A model generated the notes under the pieces. The model worked only from the letters and a program-made list of their open reading frames with translations. It was not told where the DNA came from and ran no database searches. This document shows positions 34,902 to 44,884 of a stretch of DNA of 64,000 bases, one piece after another (position 1 is the stretch's first letter; each line of letters begins with the position of its first letter). This stretch comes from Acidimicrobiia bacterium (GTDB lineage Bacteria > Actinomycetota > Acidimicrobiia > IMCC26256 > JAENVU01): the NCBI GenBank assembly GCA_031430375.1, contig JANPBJ010000144.1, forward strand, positions 4,264 to 68,263. The letters are read 5' to 3'. Made by a program: the position numbers and the translations under genes.

Positions 34902-37193
34902 TCAGAGCTTCTGAAGCGGTGCCCAGGCGAGGAGGAGCGTCTTCTCGCCCACGTCACGGAAGCGGACGGTCGCTTCGGCCTTGTCGCCTTCGCCGCGCAT
35001 ATTGATAATCACACCTTCGCCGAACTTCTCATGGCCAACATCGTCACCGATCCGCAGACCGATCTGTTCGGCCCCGCGTGCACCGGACGGCTCGCGCGGC
35101 ACCGACGCGGCCGCGGCCACCGCCGATCGGTGTTCACCCATCCCGTGCCCGCGCGACGGTGCCCGCCCCTGCGCACGCACCAAGGCCTCAGGGATCTCCG
35201 CCAGGAACCGGCTCGGCGGGTAGTAGTCGGTGGAGCCAAAGAGCTGGCGGCTCCAGGCGTGGGTGAGGTACAGCCGCTTCTCCGCCCGAGTGATGCCCAC
35301 GTAACACAGCCGCCGTTCCTCTTCGAGCTCTTCGGGATCACCGAGTGACCGTGAGTGCGGAAAGATTCCGTCTTCCATACCGGTGAGGAACACCACCGGA
35401 TATTCGAGACCCTTGGCGGTATGCAGCGTCATCAACGTGACCACCGATTCCTCGGCGGTCACCTCGTCCAGGTCCGTGACGAGCGAGATCCCCTCGAGGA
35501 ACGCTTGGACCCGCGCCAGCCCGCGCGGCGGGTCGGTGCCTTCTTCCACACCGGCAATACCGGCGAGGCCCGAAACATCACCGGCATCGAGGCGCTCGTC
35601 GAAGTCGCGCGCGACCCCCACGAGTTCGCCGAGGTTCTCGATGCGGCCCACTGACTCGATGGTGCGCTCGGCCTCGAGCTCGGCAAGGTAGCCGGTGCGA
35701 TCGAGCATGGTCTCGAGCACTCCGCTCACGCCGCGTTCGGCCGCGGCCGTTTCGAGCTCGGTCATGACTTCGAGCAGGTCCTTCACGCCACCGAGGGCGC
35801 GCCCGGTGACTCCGGCTGCCGCGGCTTCACGCAGTGCGTCACGGAAGACAACGTTGGCCCCCTGGGCGTACGCCTCCACCTTGCGGACCGACGTGTCGCC
35901 CACGCCGCGCTTGGGAATGTTGACGATCCGTTTCCAACCGACTTCGTCATCGGGATTCGAAAGGCTCCGCAAGTAGGCGAGGGCGTCTTTGATCTCGCGC
36001 CGGTCATAGAACTTGGTCCCGCCCACGATCCGGTACGGCACACCAGACCGAACGAACGACTCTTCGACCACGCGGCTCTGCGCGTTGGTGCGATAGAAGA
36101 CCGCGACGTCGCCGTAGCGGATCTGCTCCACGTCCACGAGCCGATCGATCTCCGACACGATGAACGAAGCCTCGTCGCGTTCGTCTTCCGCGTGGTAGCG
36201 GGTGATGAGTTCGCCACCAACCTGTTCCGTCCAGAGATGCTTGGGTCGGCGCGCTGCATTGTTCGCGATGACCGCGTTCGCGGCGTCGAGAATCGTGGCG
36301 GTCGATCGGTAGTTCTGGTCCAACACGATGATCGACGCTTCGGGGAACTCCTCCTCGAACCGCATCAAGTTCCGGTGATCTGCCCCTCGGAATTTGTAGA
36401 CACTCTGGTCACTGTCGCCCACGACCATCACGTTGCGATGTTCTTGTGACAGCAGTCGGACGATCTCCCACTGGGCGATGTTCGTGTCTTGGAACTCGTC
36501 CACCAGAATGTGCGAGAAGCGGTGCCGCCAGCGGTGCAGTGCATCCGGGTGTTCGCGGAACAGCTTCACCACGAGCAGCAGCAAGTCATCGAAGTCGGCA
36601 GCCGACGCTTCCGCGAGGCGGCGTTGGTACTCCACATAGACCTCGGCCACCCGGAGGTCCGGTGGCGTCACCGCCTTGGCCAACGCCTCATCGGCTCCGA
36701 CAAGGTCGTTCTTCAACGCCGAGATCGAGTGGTGCAACCGCCGCGGTGGGAACCGTTTCGGATCGAGGTTGAGGTCACGGCGGACGTAATCGACGAGCCG
36801 CACCGCATCGGACTGGTCATAGATCGAGAACGACGACCGGTAGCCGAGGAGACCGGCCTCACGCCGCAGAATCCGTGAACACGCCGAGTGGAACGTGGCG
36901 ACCCACATACGACGCGCCACCGGACCGACGAGAGTGGCGACACGATCCTTCATCTCCCCTGCGGCCTTGTTCGTGAACGTGATCGCCAGGATCTCGAACG
37001 GCGAGACGCCGCGTTCACCCACGAGGTACGCCACTCGATGGGTCAAGAGACGCGTCTTGCCCGAGCCCGCCCCGGCGACCACGAGCACCGGGCCATCGGG
37101 TGCCGAAACCGCGTCACGCTGTACCGGGTTCAGGCCGTCGAGGAGTTGCGACCCCGTCATTTCGTGGCCTCGTGGCGTCGCCTCACTCATCAT
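34902..37193 (-). CDS. pcrA: ATP-dependent DNA helicase PcrA/UvrD
   Basis: 763 aa. AGAGSGKTRLLTHR, DEFQDTN, and other SF1 helicase motifs. Confidence 0.9.
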   Translation of the reverse strand: MMSEATPRGHEMTGSQLLDGLNPVQRDAVSAPDGPVLVVAGAGSGKTRLLTHRVAYLVGERGVSPFEILAITFTNKAAGEMKDRVATLVGPVARRMWVATFHSACSRILRREAGLLGYRSSFSIYDQSDAVRLVDYVRRDLNLDPKRFPPRRLHHSISALKNDLVGADEALAKAVTPPDLRVAEVYVEYQRRLAEASAADFDDLLLLVVKLFREHPDALHRWRHRFSHILVDEFQDTNIAQWEIVRLLSQEHRNVMVVGDSDQSVYKFRGADHRNLMRFEEEFPEASIIVLDQNYRSTATILDAANAVIANNAARRPKHLWTEQVGGELITRYHAEDERDEASFIVSEIDRLVDVEQIRYGDVAVFYRTNAQSRVVEESFVRSGVPYRIVGGTKFYDRREIKDALAYLRSLSNPDDEVGWKRIVNIPKRGVGDTSVRKVEAYAQGANVVFRDALREAAAAGVTGRALGGVKDLLEVMTELETAAAERGVSGVLETMLDRTGYLAELEAERTIESVGRIENLGELVGVARDFDERLDAGDVSGLAGIAGVEEGTDPPRGLARVQAFLEGISLVTDLDEVTAEESVVTLMTLHTAKGLEYPVVFLTGMEDGIFPHSRSLGDPEELEEERRLCYVGITRAEKRLYLTHAWSRQLFGSTDYYPPSRFLAEIPEALVRAQGRAPSRGHGMGEHRSAVAAAASVPREPSGARGAEQIGLRIGDDVGHEKFGEGVIINMRGEGDKAEATVRFRDVGEKTLLLAWAPLQKL

Positions 37194-37215
37194 GGTGATC
37201 GTACAGATGTTCGAG

Positions 37216-37500
37216 TCAGTATTCTGTGCCCAAGTCAGGGTCGATGCGAACTTCCTGAGTCCGCTCGTCGACCGCAGCCTTGCGGAACGCTCGCAACAGC
37301 CTCGTACCGTCCTCGTTCAGTGTGACCGTGAACGCTCCCGTGGCTTCGTCGATCTCGAGCGAGAAGTACGGCTCCCAGTCGGAGTCGAGCGCGAGCGCGT
37401 CGGCATCAGCCTCCGGTGGGAGACGACGGTATCGGCGGCGCTCCTGGTCGAAGAGCCAAACGCTGTGGGCAGACTCAATCCGTTCCACGAAGCAGATCAC
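37216..37500 (-). CDS. Hypothetical small protein (94 aa)
   Basis: ORF 22 nt upstream of pcrA on the same strand. Acidic. No motif recognised. Confidence 0.45.
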   Translation of the reverse strand: MICFVERIESAHSVWLFDQERRRYRRLPPEADADALALDSDWEPYFSLEIDEATGAFTVTLNEDGTRLLRAFRKAAVDERTQEVRIDPDLGTEY

Positions 37501-37617
37501 GCTACCGGGTCAGATCAATCGCGCAAGGGTCGCCGCCACCATCGCCTCACGTGCGCCGCCGTCACGTCCGTGAGCCTCTCACTGCGGAGCGCGGTCAGGA
37601 CCCTGACCGTCAGCGGT

Positions 37618-39225
37618 TCAGGTGACCGAGAAGGCGTTCGGCAGGAACGCAAGCCCACCCGTCAGTGGTCCTGCACCGGACCCATTGTCCACAATGAACG
37701 GCATTCGCGCGCCGAGTTCGGCATTCGCAGCCACGGTGACCGCCACATCAACCTGAGCGTCGCTGACGAATGTGAGCCCAGTGACCTCGACGCCCTCACC
37801 CATCAACACCAGGGACCCAGGATGCAGCGACGACCCATGCATCGAGATCGTGCCAGAAGTCCCCCGTGCGATCGTTGTCGGCGTTGCGAACAGGAGGAAC
37901 GGAACCGGGTTCGACCGCTGGTACAGGTCAGCCACGGTGCCGTTGGTATCCGATGGGGTCACGTCGCTTGCGAAAGACGTAAAGACGATGTATCGACCAT
38001 CCCCGCTGATCGCGCCAGGCGTGGAACCCGCGACCGCCGGATCCAAGTTCGATGGTTCGCCCATTCGCGATGTGGTGCCCGCTAGCGCCGTCGATCCGGC
38101 GGTACGGTCACGCAAGTATGAGTTCGACAGTGCCGTGCCAACCAGAGTGGACAAGTTCGAAGCGCCGCTTTGAAACAGCACGAACCGACCGTTGTCGCTC
38201 AGCCCCGTGACAAAGCTGTAGTCGTCTGAATCCTCGCCGGTCGTGCCCACGCTGATCCGCTGGATCGTGCCACCGGCGGCCGGAGCGGCATACACGTCCG
38301 AAGTGTCGTTGGTATCGGGAGTCGCAACCAGGTTGCCCGCATCAGAATCAAATGCAACGACTGCGCCGTTCCCGCTGATCGCGACATTCGTGGAATCGAG
38401 GTCGCCTTCGTCGCCGCCGGCCAATGCCGTGATGCGCGTGGTCGTCACCGCCGTGCGATCACGTACAAACACATCCGTATAGACGCCGCTGTCGTTGATA
38501 TCAAAGTTCGATGCGTTGGAAACGAACGCCACGTAGCGGCCGTCGTCACTGATTGATCCGCCAAAGGACTCCAGATCGCCCTCGGTCCCGTCGGTAGCAA
38601 CGCTGACTCGCGTGGTGGTCCCGGCCAACGTGTCCCGGAGGTACACGTCGGTACTGAAGTTCTGGTCGACCAAACCGATGAGGTTTTCGGAATCCGAAGC
38701 AAACACGATAAACCGGCCATCCGGGGTCATCGCCTGCAGGTACGAGCCGCCGTCGCCCTGACCACCATTGTTCCGGCGGCTCACCCGCGCGGTCGTCCCG
38801 AGCTGGCGATCGCGCACGAACACATCAGTGGAGAGGTTCGTGTCGCCGATGATCAGATCCTCCGAGTCGCTCATGAAGGCGACGAAGCGGCCGGTCGCGG
38901 AGACCAGACCTTGGTAGCCACCCAGCGCGCTTTGGGCATCGGCATCCGTGATGGAAATGCGCTCAGTGGTCTTGGCTTGATTGTCACGGAGAAACACGTC
39001 GGTCGCACCGTTCGTGTCGTTGGCGACCAGATCGGTGGAGTCCGAGGAGAAGACCACGTATCGGCCGTCGGGCGACAGATCCGTGGCGACCGGTGTACCA
39101 CCGGCCGACTGATTGCCTGCAGTGGAAACGTTCACCCGGCCGACCCATGCGCAACCACTCGTCGCAAGTACGACGGCAAGCGCGAGGCCTCCTATACGAA
39201 CCCGTCCCATGTATCCCACTCCCAA
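37618..39225 (-). CDS. Lipoprotein with about seven TolB/PD40-like beta-propeller repeats and a C-terminal Ig-like (IPT/TIG-type) domain
   Basis: Lipobox LATSGC. Recurring ~48-aa unit (S.DGR[YF]V.F.S.A.NL...DTN...DVF[VL]RD). C-terminal all-beta segment. Confidence 0.7.
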   Translation of the reverse strand: MGVGYMGRVRIGGLALAVVLATSGCAWVGRVNVSTAGNQSAGGTPVATDLSPDGRYVVFSSDSTDLVANDTNGATDVFLRDNQAKTTERISITDADAQSALGGYQGLVSATGRFVAFMSDSEDLIIGDTNLSTDVFVRDRQLGTTARVSRRNNGGQGDGGSYLQAMTPDGRFIVFASDSENLIGLVDQNFSTDVYLRDTLAGTTTRVSVATDGTEGDLESFGGSISDDGRYVAFVSNASNFDINDSGVYTDVFVRDRTAVTTTRITALAGGDEGDLDSTNVAISGNGAVVAFDSDAGNLVATPDTNDTSDVYAAPAAGGTIQRISVGTTGEDSDDYSFVTGLSDNGRFVLFQSGASNLSTLVGTALSNSYLRDRTAGSTALAGTTSRMGEPSNLDPAVAGSTPGAISGDGRYIVFTSFASDVTPSDTNGTVADLYQRSNPVPFLLFATPTTIARGTSGTISMHGSSLHPGSLVLMGEGVEVTGLTFVSDAQVDVAVTVAANAELGARMPFIVDNGSGAGPLTGGLAFLPNAFSVT

Positions 39226-39364
39226 AGCCAGACCCAGAAACGGACAATGATAGTCAAACAGGACGGCGACTCAGGACGCGGGCCCTGCCGCCGGGTGGCT
39301 CACTCCCACTCGCCACTTCACGAGTGCTCGATCGGTAAACCCTCGGCTTCGCCTCCGGTTTTCC

Positions 39365-40954
39365 TCACTCCCACTCGATTGTCCCGGGCGGCTTGGAGGT
39401 GATGTCGTAGGCCACGCGGTTCACGCCGGGAACCTCGTTGATGATACGCGAGGAGATGCGCTCGAGGACATCGTAAGGAATGCGGGCCCAATCGGCGGTC
39501 ATGGCATCGTCGCTCGTCACTGCCCTCAGAATGATCGGATAGGCATACGTGCGATCGTCGCCTTGCACTCCGACGGTCCGCACCACGGGCAGCACGGCGA
39601 AGCTCTGCCAGATCTCCCGGTAGAGACCGGCGCGGCGGATCTCCTCGGTCACGATTGCATCAGCCTCTTGCAGAATGGCAACCCGCTCCGGCGTGATCGC
39701 ACCGATGATGCGCACCCCGAGGCCGGGGCCCGGGAAGGGCTGACGCCACACGATCTCTTCGGGAAGTCCGAGCTCCTCACCAACCGCGCGCACCTCGTCC
39801 TTGAACAGGTGCCGCAACGGCTCGACGAGGTCGAACTCCATGTCGTCAGGCAAGCCGCCCACATTGTGGTGGCTCTTGATCACGGCGTTCTCGCCGCCGC
39901 CGGACTCGACGATGTCGGGGTAGAGCGTTCCCTGCACGAGGAACCCCGCCGCGTCGTAGTCACGCGCCACTTCTTCAAAGACACGGATGAACAACTCGCC
40001 GATGATCTTGCGTTTGCGCTCCGGCTCCACGATGTCATTGAGTGCGCCGAGGAACCGGTCGCCCGCCTTTACATGCACCAAGTCAATCTGGAATTGACGA
40101 CGAAACGTCTCTTCCACCTGCTCGGCTTCTCCCTTGCGGGACAGCCCGGTATCAACAAACACGCACGTGAGCTGATCGCCCACCGCCTTATGCACCAACG
40201 CGGCGGCGACTGCCGAATCCACGCCGCCCGACAGGCCGCACAACACCCGTGCCGTCCCAACCTGCGCGCGAATCTCGGCGACGGCTTCTTCAATGATCGA
40301 CACGTTGGTCCATGTGGGCCGACACTCGGCCACATCAAAGAGGAACGACTTCAACATGTCTTGACCGTGCTCGGTGTGCGCAACCTCCGGATGGAACTGC
40401 ACGCCGTAGATGCGGCGTTCCCGATCGCCGAACGCGGCCGCGGGCGTGTCGCCAGTGGACGCGAACACGCTCGCGCCGGTGGGCGGGTTGGTGATCGTGT
40501 CGAAGTGGCTCATCCACACCACCTGCTCGGTGGGCATCTCGCGGAACAAAGGCGCCGCGCTCGAGATCGACAACTCGGTGCGGCCGTACTCGCCGCGTCC
40601 CGTCTTTGCCACGGTCCCGCCGAGGTCGCGGGCGAGGAGCTGCGCCCCGTAACAGATACCGAGGAGCGGCAGACCGGATTCGTACAACGCGGGATCAACC
40701 GATGGTGCGCCGTCGACGTGCACCGAGGCCGGCCCACCCGAGAGGATGATCGCCTTGGGGCTCCGAGCAAGCATCTCGGCAAACGGCATCGTGCGGGGCA
40801 CGATCTCGGAGTACACGTGCGCCTCGCGCACCCGGCGGGCGATCAGTTGTGCGTACTGCGCCCCGAGGTCAACCACCAACACGAGGTCGCGTTCACCGGA
40901 GGTCACCATCCCGGAGGTTGGCCCACTCAGGTCGCGCTCGTTCGCTTCGCTCAA
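39365..40954 (-). CDS. guaA: GMP synthase (glutamine-hydrolysing)
   Basis: 529 aa. GATase [22 protein letters not shown]-loop [11 protein letters not shown]-terminus [11 protein letters not shown] 40954, alternative ATG 40909. Confidence 0.9.
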   Translation of the reverse strand: MSEANERDLSGPTSGMVTSGERDLVLVVDLGAQYAQLIARRVREAHVYSEIVPRTMPFAEMLARSPKAIILSGGPASVHVDGAPSVDPALYESGLPLLGICYGAQLLARDLGGTVAKTGRGEYGRTELSISSAAPLFREMPTEQVVWMSHFDTITNPPTGASVFASTGDTPAAAFGDRERRIYGVQFHPEVAHTEHGQDMLKSFLFDVAECRPTWTNVSIIEEAVAEIRAQVGTARVLCGLSGGVDSAVAAALVHKAVGDQLTCVFVDTGLSRKGEAEQVEETFRRQFQIDLVHVKAGDRFLGALNDIVEPERKRKIIGELFIRVFEEVARDYDAAGFLVQGTLYPDIVESGGGENAVIKSHHNVGGLPDDMEFDLVEPLRHLFKDEVRAVGEELGLPEEIVWRQPFPGPGLGVRIIGAITPERVAILQEADAIVTEEIRRAGLYREIWQSFAVLPVVRTVGVQGDDRTYAYPIILRAVTSDDAMTADWARIPYDVLERISSRIINEVPGVNRVAYDITSKPPGTIEWE

Positions 40955-42121
40955 CTACCGACCCATTCCGATTCCCTGGGAACGTTGGAGGCTTTTGCCT
41001 TCGGTCTGGAGCGAGGGCGCCACCATCACTTCGGCCTTCTGGAACTCCTTCACCGTCTCGTAGCCGGTGGTGGCCATCGACGTGCGCAGCGCGCCGAACA
41101 GGTTCAGCGTGCCGTCGTTGTCGTGAGCCGGGCCGGTGAGGATTTCCTCGAGCGTGCCTTTCTGGCCGGCGTAGACGCGTGCGCCACGGGGCAACGACGG
41201 GTGGAAGGTCGCCATGCCCCAGTGGTAACCACGGCCCGGTGCCTCATACGCGCTGGCGAGCGGCGACCCAATCATCACGGAGTCGGCACCACACGCAATG
41301 GCCTTGGCCACATCGCCACCAGTGCGCATCCCGCCGTCGGCAATGACCTGCACGTACACACCGGTCTCGTCGAGGTGACGGATACGCGCGCCCGCAGCGT
41401 CGGCAATAGCCGTGGCCTGGGGAACCCCGATGCCGAGCACACCGCGAGAAGTACACGCGTGACCCGGGCCAACGCCGACGAGCACGCCGACGGCTCCGGT
41501 CCGCATGAGGTGCAGCGCGGTGCTGTACGACGCGCAGCCGCCCACGATCACCGGGATCTCGTACTCACGGATGAACTTCTTGAGGTTGAGCGGTTGGCGC
41601 GCCGGATCCTTGGAGACATGCTCTGCGGAAACGACAGTGCCCTGGATGATGAGGAGGTCGAGCTCGGCTTCGAGCACCAGCGCGGAGAACTGCTCCACGC
41701 GTTGCGGTGTGAGCGACGCACAGGCGCGGACGCCGGCGTCCTTGATCTCACGAATCCGCTTCCCGATCAGCTCGTCCTTGATCGGCTCCTGGTACAGCTC
41801 CTGCATGCGGCGGGTGGCCTTGTCCGGGTCGAGCGACGCAATCTCGTCGAACACCGAATCGGTGTCGTCGTAGCGGGTCCAGAGGCCTTCGAGGTTGAGG
41901 CACGCCAGCCCGCCGATACGCCCAACTTCGATCGCCGTCTTGGGCGACACCACGCCGTCCATCGCGGAGGCAATGAGCGGGAGTTCGAAGTGGAACGCGT
42001 CGACATCCCAAGAGATATCAACATCTTCCGGGTCGCGTGTTCTCCGGCTGGGCACGATCGCGATGTCATCAAATCCGTAGGCCCTGCGCCCTGATTTGCC
42101 GATCCCGATTTCGACTTCCAC
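40955..42121 (-). CDS. guaB3: GuaB3-type IMP dehydrogenase-related protein (no CBS pair)
   Basis: 388 aa. [46 protein letters not shown]. Confidence 0.8.
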   Translation of the reverse strand: MEVEIGIGKSGRRAYGFDDIAIVPSRRTRDPEDVDISWDVDAFHFELPLIASAMDGVVSPKTAIEVGRIGGLACLNLEGLWTRYDDTDSVFDEIASLDPDKATRRMQELYQEPIKDELIGKRIREIKDAGVRACASLTPQRVEQFSALVLEAELDLLIIQGTVVSAEHVSKDPARQPLNLKKFIREYEIPVIVGGCASYSTALHLMRTGAVGVLVGVGPGHACTSRGVLGIGVPQATAIADAAGARIRHLDETGVYVQVIADGGMRTGGDVAKAIACGADSVMIGSPLASAYEAPGRGYHWGMATFHPSLPRGARVYAGQKGTLEEILTGPAHDNDGTLNLFGALRTSMATTGYETVKEFQKAEVMVAPSLQTEGKSLQRSQGIGMGR

Positions 42122-42162
42122 CTGTCTGGCTCCCGTCGCTTCACTCCACCGAATGTTTCAGC

Positions 42163-42834
42163 CTAGTGGGCTACCAGCTCCAGCAGTCGGGTCAGGATCC
42201 TGGCGGTGGCACCCCAGACGGTCTCGCCCGGCAGCTCGAAAAACGTCATCGATCGGTAGGCCCCCCAGAGATCCCACATCTCCTCGCGGTAGGTGTCGGG
42301 ATGGAGAAGCTCCGAGATCGGGACGCCAAATGCGGCCACGACCTCCATGGGATGCGGCACGAGGGTGGGCGGGCTCGCGAGGAACCCGACGAACGGGGTG
42401 ATCGCAAACGCGGAGGCGACCGTGGCGATCGTGTCCAGCTCCGCCACGATCTCCACGGCCTCGGGTTCGAGTCCCACTTCCTCATGGGCTTCGCGCAGCG
42501 CCGCGGCTACCAGGCTCGCATCGGTTGGATCGCGCTTGCCGCCCGGGAACGCGATCTCGCCTTGATGCGACGGCATGGTGTCGGGCCGCTTGGTGAGTAC
42601 CACGTGGGTCTCGCCATCGAGTTCGTAGAGCGCAATCAGGACCGCGGCGGCACGCGACCCCGCTACGTCGAGCTCCGGTTGGCGCGGCGGCCGGGCGCGG
42701 CCGAGCCGAGCACGCACCTCGGCGAGCGGAATCCGGCAGTCGGCGGCGCCGAGCTCGGACCACACCGGAGGATTTCCCACACGGGTGCCCGGCGGCCGCG
42801 GAATGACCTGTTTGCCACCCCTGTGCGCCATCAC
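42163..42834 (-). CDS. NUDIX hydrolase (CoA pyrophosphatase-like)
   Basis: Nudix box GEIAFPGGKRDPTDASLVAAALREAHEEVGL. The start may be downstream of 42834. Confidence 0.75.
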   Translation of the reverse strand: MMAHRGGKQVIPRPPGTRVGNPPVWSELGAADCRIPLAEVRARLGRARPPRQPELDVAGSRAAAVLIALYELDGETHVVLTKRPDTMPSHQGEIAFPGGKRDPTDASLVAAALREAHEEVGLEPEAVEIVAELDTIATVASAFAITPFVGFLASPPTLVPHPMEVVAAFGVPISELLHPDTYREEMWDLWGAYRSMTFFELPGETVWGATARILTRLLELVAH

Positions 42835-43034
42835 GCCACCCTACCGACGACGATTCGGTCCACGGCCAAGCGGGCGCGCCAATAGGAAACAAGCGCCTCC
42901 TGAACGTCGAGGCTGCGTGGCGCGCCCGTGGCCCGAGCGGCCCGTGAACGCAGTGAACAAGAGCGGGAAATCGGTTCGGGACTTCGACGACGCCCGGACC
43001 AACGCGTGCCGGCAAGCGCGAACATGCCGACCGC

Positions 43035-43406
43035 TTGCTTCGCCACGCTCATGCTCACCTCGGATCGGCCGCGGCATTGGCGACGACTGACCCAGAAGGA
43101 AGTTACGCCCTGCTCTACGACGCCGCTCGGAAGGCCTTGATCGCAGTCCTCGAAAATGAAGGGCTCCGACCGACCAGCGCCGGTGGTCACCTCGCCGTGT
43201 ACCACGCCGCTCGCGCCCAGTTGGATCCACCATTGGGGACCACGCTGTGGCCGTTCGACCGCATGCGCCGCCAGCGGCGTGATGCCGAGTTTCCGGCCGC
43301 GGATGCGCCCGCGCTGACCCCTGAAGATGTGCGCGATGACATCGCGAAGAGCGCGGCGATCGTGGCGCTCGCGGAACGGGCCCTCGATCAGATGTCGCCG
43401 TTCTGA
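43035..43406 (+). CDS. HEPN-like (SAV_6107-type) domain protein, orphan
   Basis: 123 aa from TTG 43035, the only start in this frame after the TGA at 42954-42956. A..HL..A..L...DPEGSYALLYDAARKA..A.L...G.R pattern and a later RRQRRDAEF segment resemble HEPN four-helix proteins. Confidence 0.45.
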   Translation: MLRHAHAHLGSAAALATTDPEGSYALLYDAARKALIAVLENEGLRPTSAGGHLAVYHAARAQLDPPLGTTLWPFDRMRRQRRDAEFPAADAPALTPEDVRDDIAKSAAIVALAERALDQMSPF

Positions 43407-43481
43407 GAGCAGGCCCAGGCGCGACGAAGGACGAGCGTCGCGTGCTCGCGGCGCCCGCCCTTCGTCAAAGCTGGTACTGGT

Positions 43482-44699
43482 CTACGTGAGCGACATGTTT
43501 GGTTCGCCGCTCGCGTTCTTGCCGGTACCCCGGCTACACGTACCGCCGCGCACCGCGCCACCGTTGTAGGCCTGGCGGAGGCAGTTGCGCAGCGCCATCT
43601 GACCCCAATAGTTCGGGTGGATGCTCTCCTGCAGCTGGTACGGACCGATCACCGTGCTCACGGTTCGTATCTGGTTCTGCCACTCCGTCACGTCCGGCGC
43701 GTTCGCCTGGGTCCAGTTGGCCACACCCCGCTCTTCGAGCAGACCGACGGTGTTCTCACAGAGCCGACGGCCGTTGAACGCGGCCGCGTTGTTCTGGATC
43801 ACGTAGTTGGTCACGCCGGATTGGATCGCGCCGTTGGTGAGCGCCTGGTTCATCTTCACCACCGCAGTGTTGTTCGCCCAGTCGGCGTCTTTGTTCCAGA
43901 CACCACAACCACCCGTGTTCTGCCGGGTCCAACCGCTCTCGCTGTACCGGAAGCCGGAACCCAGCGGGATCGGTGATACGTAGGTCTGCACCATGATCTT
44001 GTACTGGGAGTCCGAGTACCCAGCGTTCGTCATCGCTTGGTGAATGTTGCTGATCGCACCCGCGACTTCGGTGGTGCGTGCGGTCACCGATGCCGCGGTG
44101 AACCGAGAACTCACGCTGGAATCGTCGTAGCAATAGTTCTTCCACCACGACGGCGAGGTCAACCAGTTGGTCACACACGATTGCACGATGTCGGCGAAGC
44201 CGTAGTTGTTCGCGCCGATGAGCAGCGGAATCGCTTTCACGTTGTGGGTGGTCGCGAAGTCCTGGAGGACCTTGGCCTGACCCTGGTACCCGCCGGAGTT
44301 GTAGAAGTCGAGCCCAGGCTTGAAGTCACCCGAGCCCGGCGTCTGGGTATAGGTGCGAGCACCGGAGCACGCGATGTTCAGCGAGTTCACGCCGCCACCG
44401 ATGTGCACCATGGCCGCGGTCGATCGGTGACAACCCGGGATCGCTTCCGCGGTGTGGGTCGCGTTGTCCTTGTAGGCCGCCGATCCACCCGCGTCGATGA
44501 GCGACGAACCGTTGTTGGTGTTCCCCGCCCAGCGGCCGGCCTCACCGGAGATGGCTGAGTCGCCCACCGAAACGATCCATGGGACGCCAACCCCGGGACC
44601 ATCGGCGTGCGCAACCCCCGGTGACGCCGCGACGAGCCCGGTCGCGGCGATCGCCCCAACCGCTGCGAGCGCGCGAACGCGTGTGAATGCCTTCCTCAT
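43482..44699 (-). CDS. Secreted SGNH/GDSL hydrolase
   Basis: 405 aa. Signal peptide (ALAAVGAIAATGLVAASPGVAHA). GDS block VSVGDSAISGE. Confidence 0.75.
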   Translation of the reverse strand: MRKAFTRVRALAAVGAIAATGLVAASPGVAHADGPGVGVPWIVSVGDSAISGEAGRWAGNTNNGSSLIDAGGSAAYKDNATHTAEAIPGCHRSTAAMVHIGGGVNSLNIACSGARTYTQTPGSGDFKPGLDFYNSGGYQGQAKVLQDFATTHNVKAIPLLIGANNYGFADIVQSCVTNWLTSPSWWKNYCYDDSSVSSRFTAASVTARTTEVAGAISNIHQAMTNAGYSDSQYKIMVQTYVSPIPLGSGFRYSESGWTRQNTGGCGVWNKDADWANNTAVVKMNQALTNGAIQSGVTNYVIQNNAAAFNGRRLCENTVGLLEERGVANWTQANAPDVTEWQNQIRTVSTVIGPYQLQESIHPNYWGQMALRNCLRQAYNGGAVRGGTCSRGTGKNASGEPNMSLT

Positions 44700-44884
44700 G
44701 TGCCCCCCTCAGGCGCGAGCGAGCTGCCCGCATGCTCGGGAGTTTGGCGACTGACTTCGGCCAATACAAGCATTCGCGCCAAGTTGCACACCATGTGCAG
44801 CCGGTATCGATCGCGGCCATATTCGACACCAGAAACCAACGGCGGGGCATACTTCCGCCCGTTCATCGACGGGGATCGCGCCAC

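Noticed and set aside
39563-42094. 843-aa ORF on the + strand
   Set aside because: Antisense to guaA and guaB3. Arg/His/Gly-rich with no motifs. Shadow ORF.
42835-43034. Search for an antitoxin/MNT ORF upstream of the HEPN-like gene (ORFs 42785-43090 +, 42928-43140 +, 42831-43205 -)
   Set aside because: All candidate ORFs here are Arg-rich and overlap the NUDIX or HEPN genes. None has nucleotidyltransferase or HTH features.
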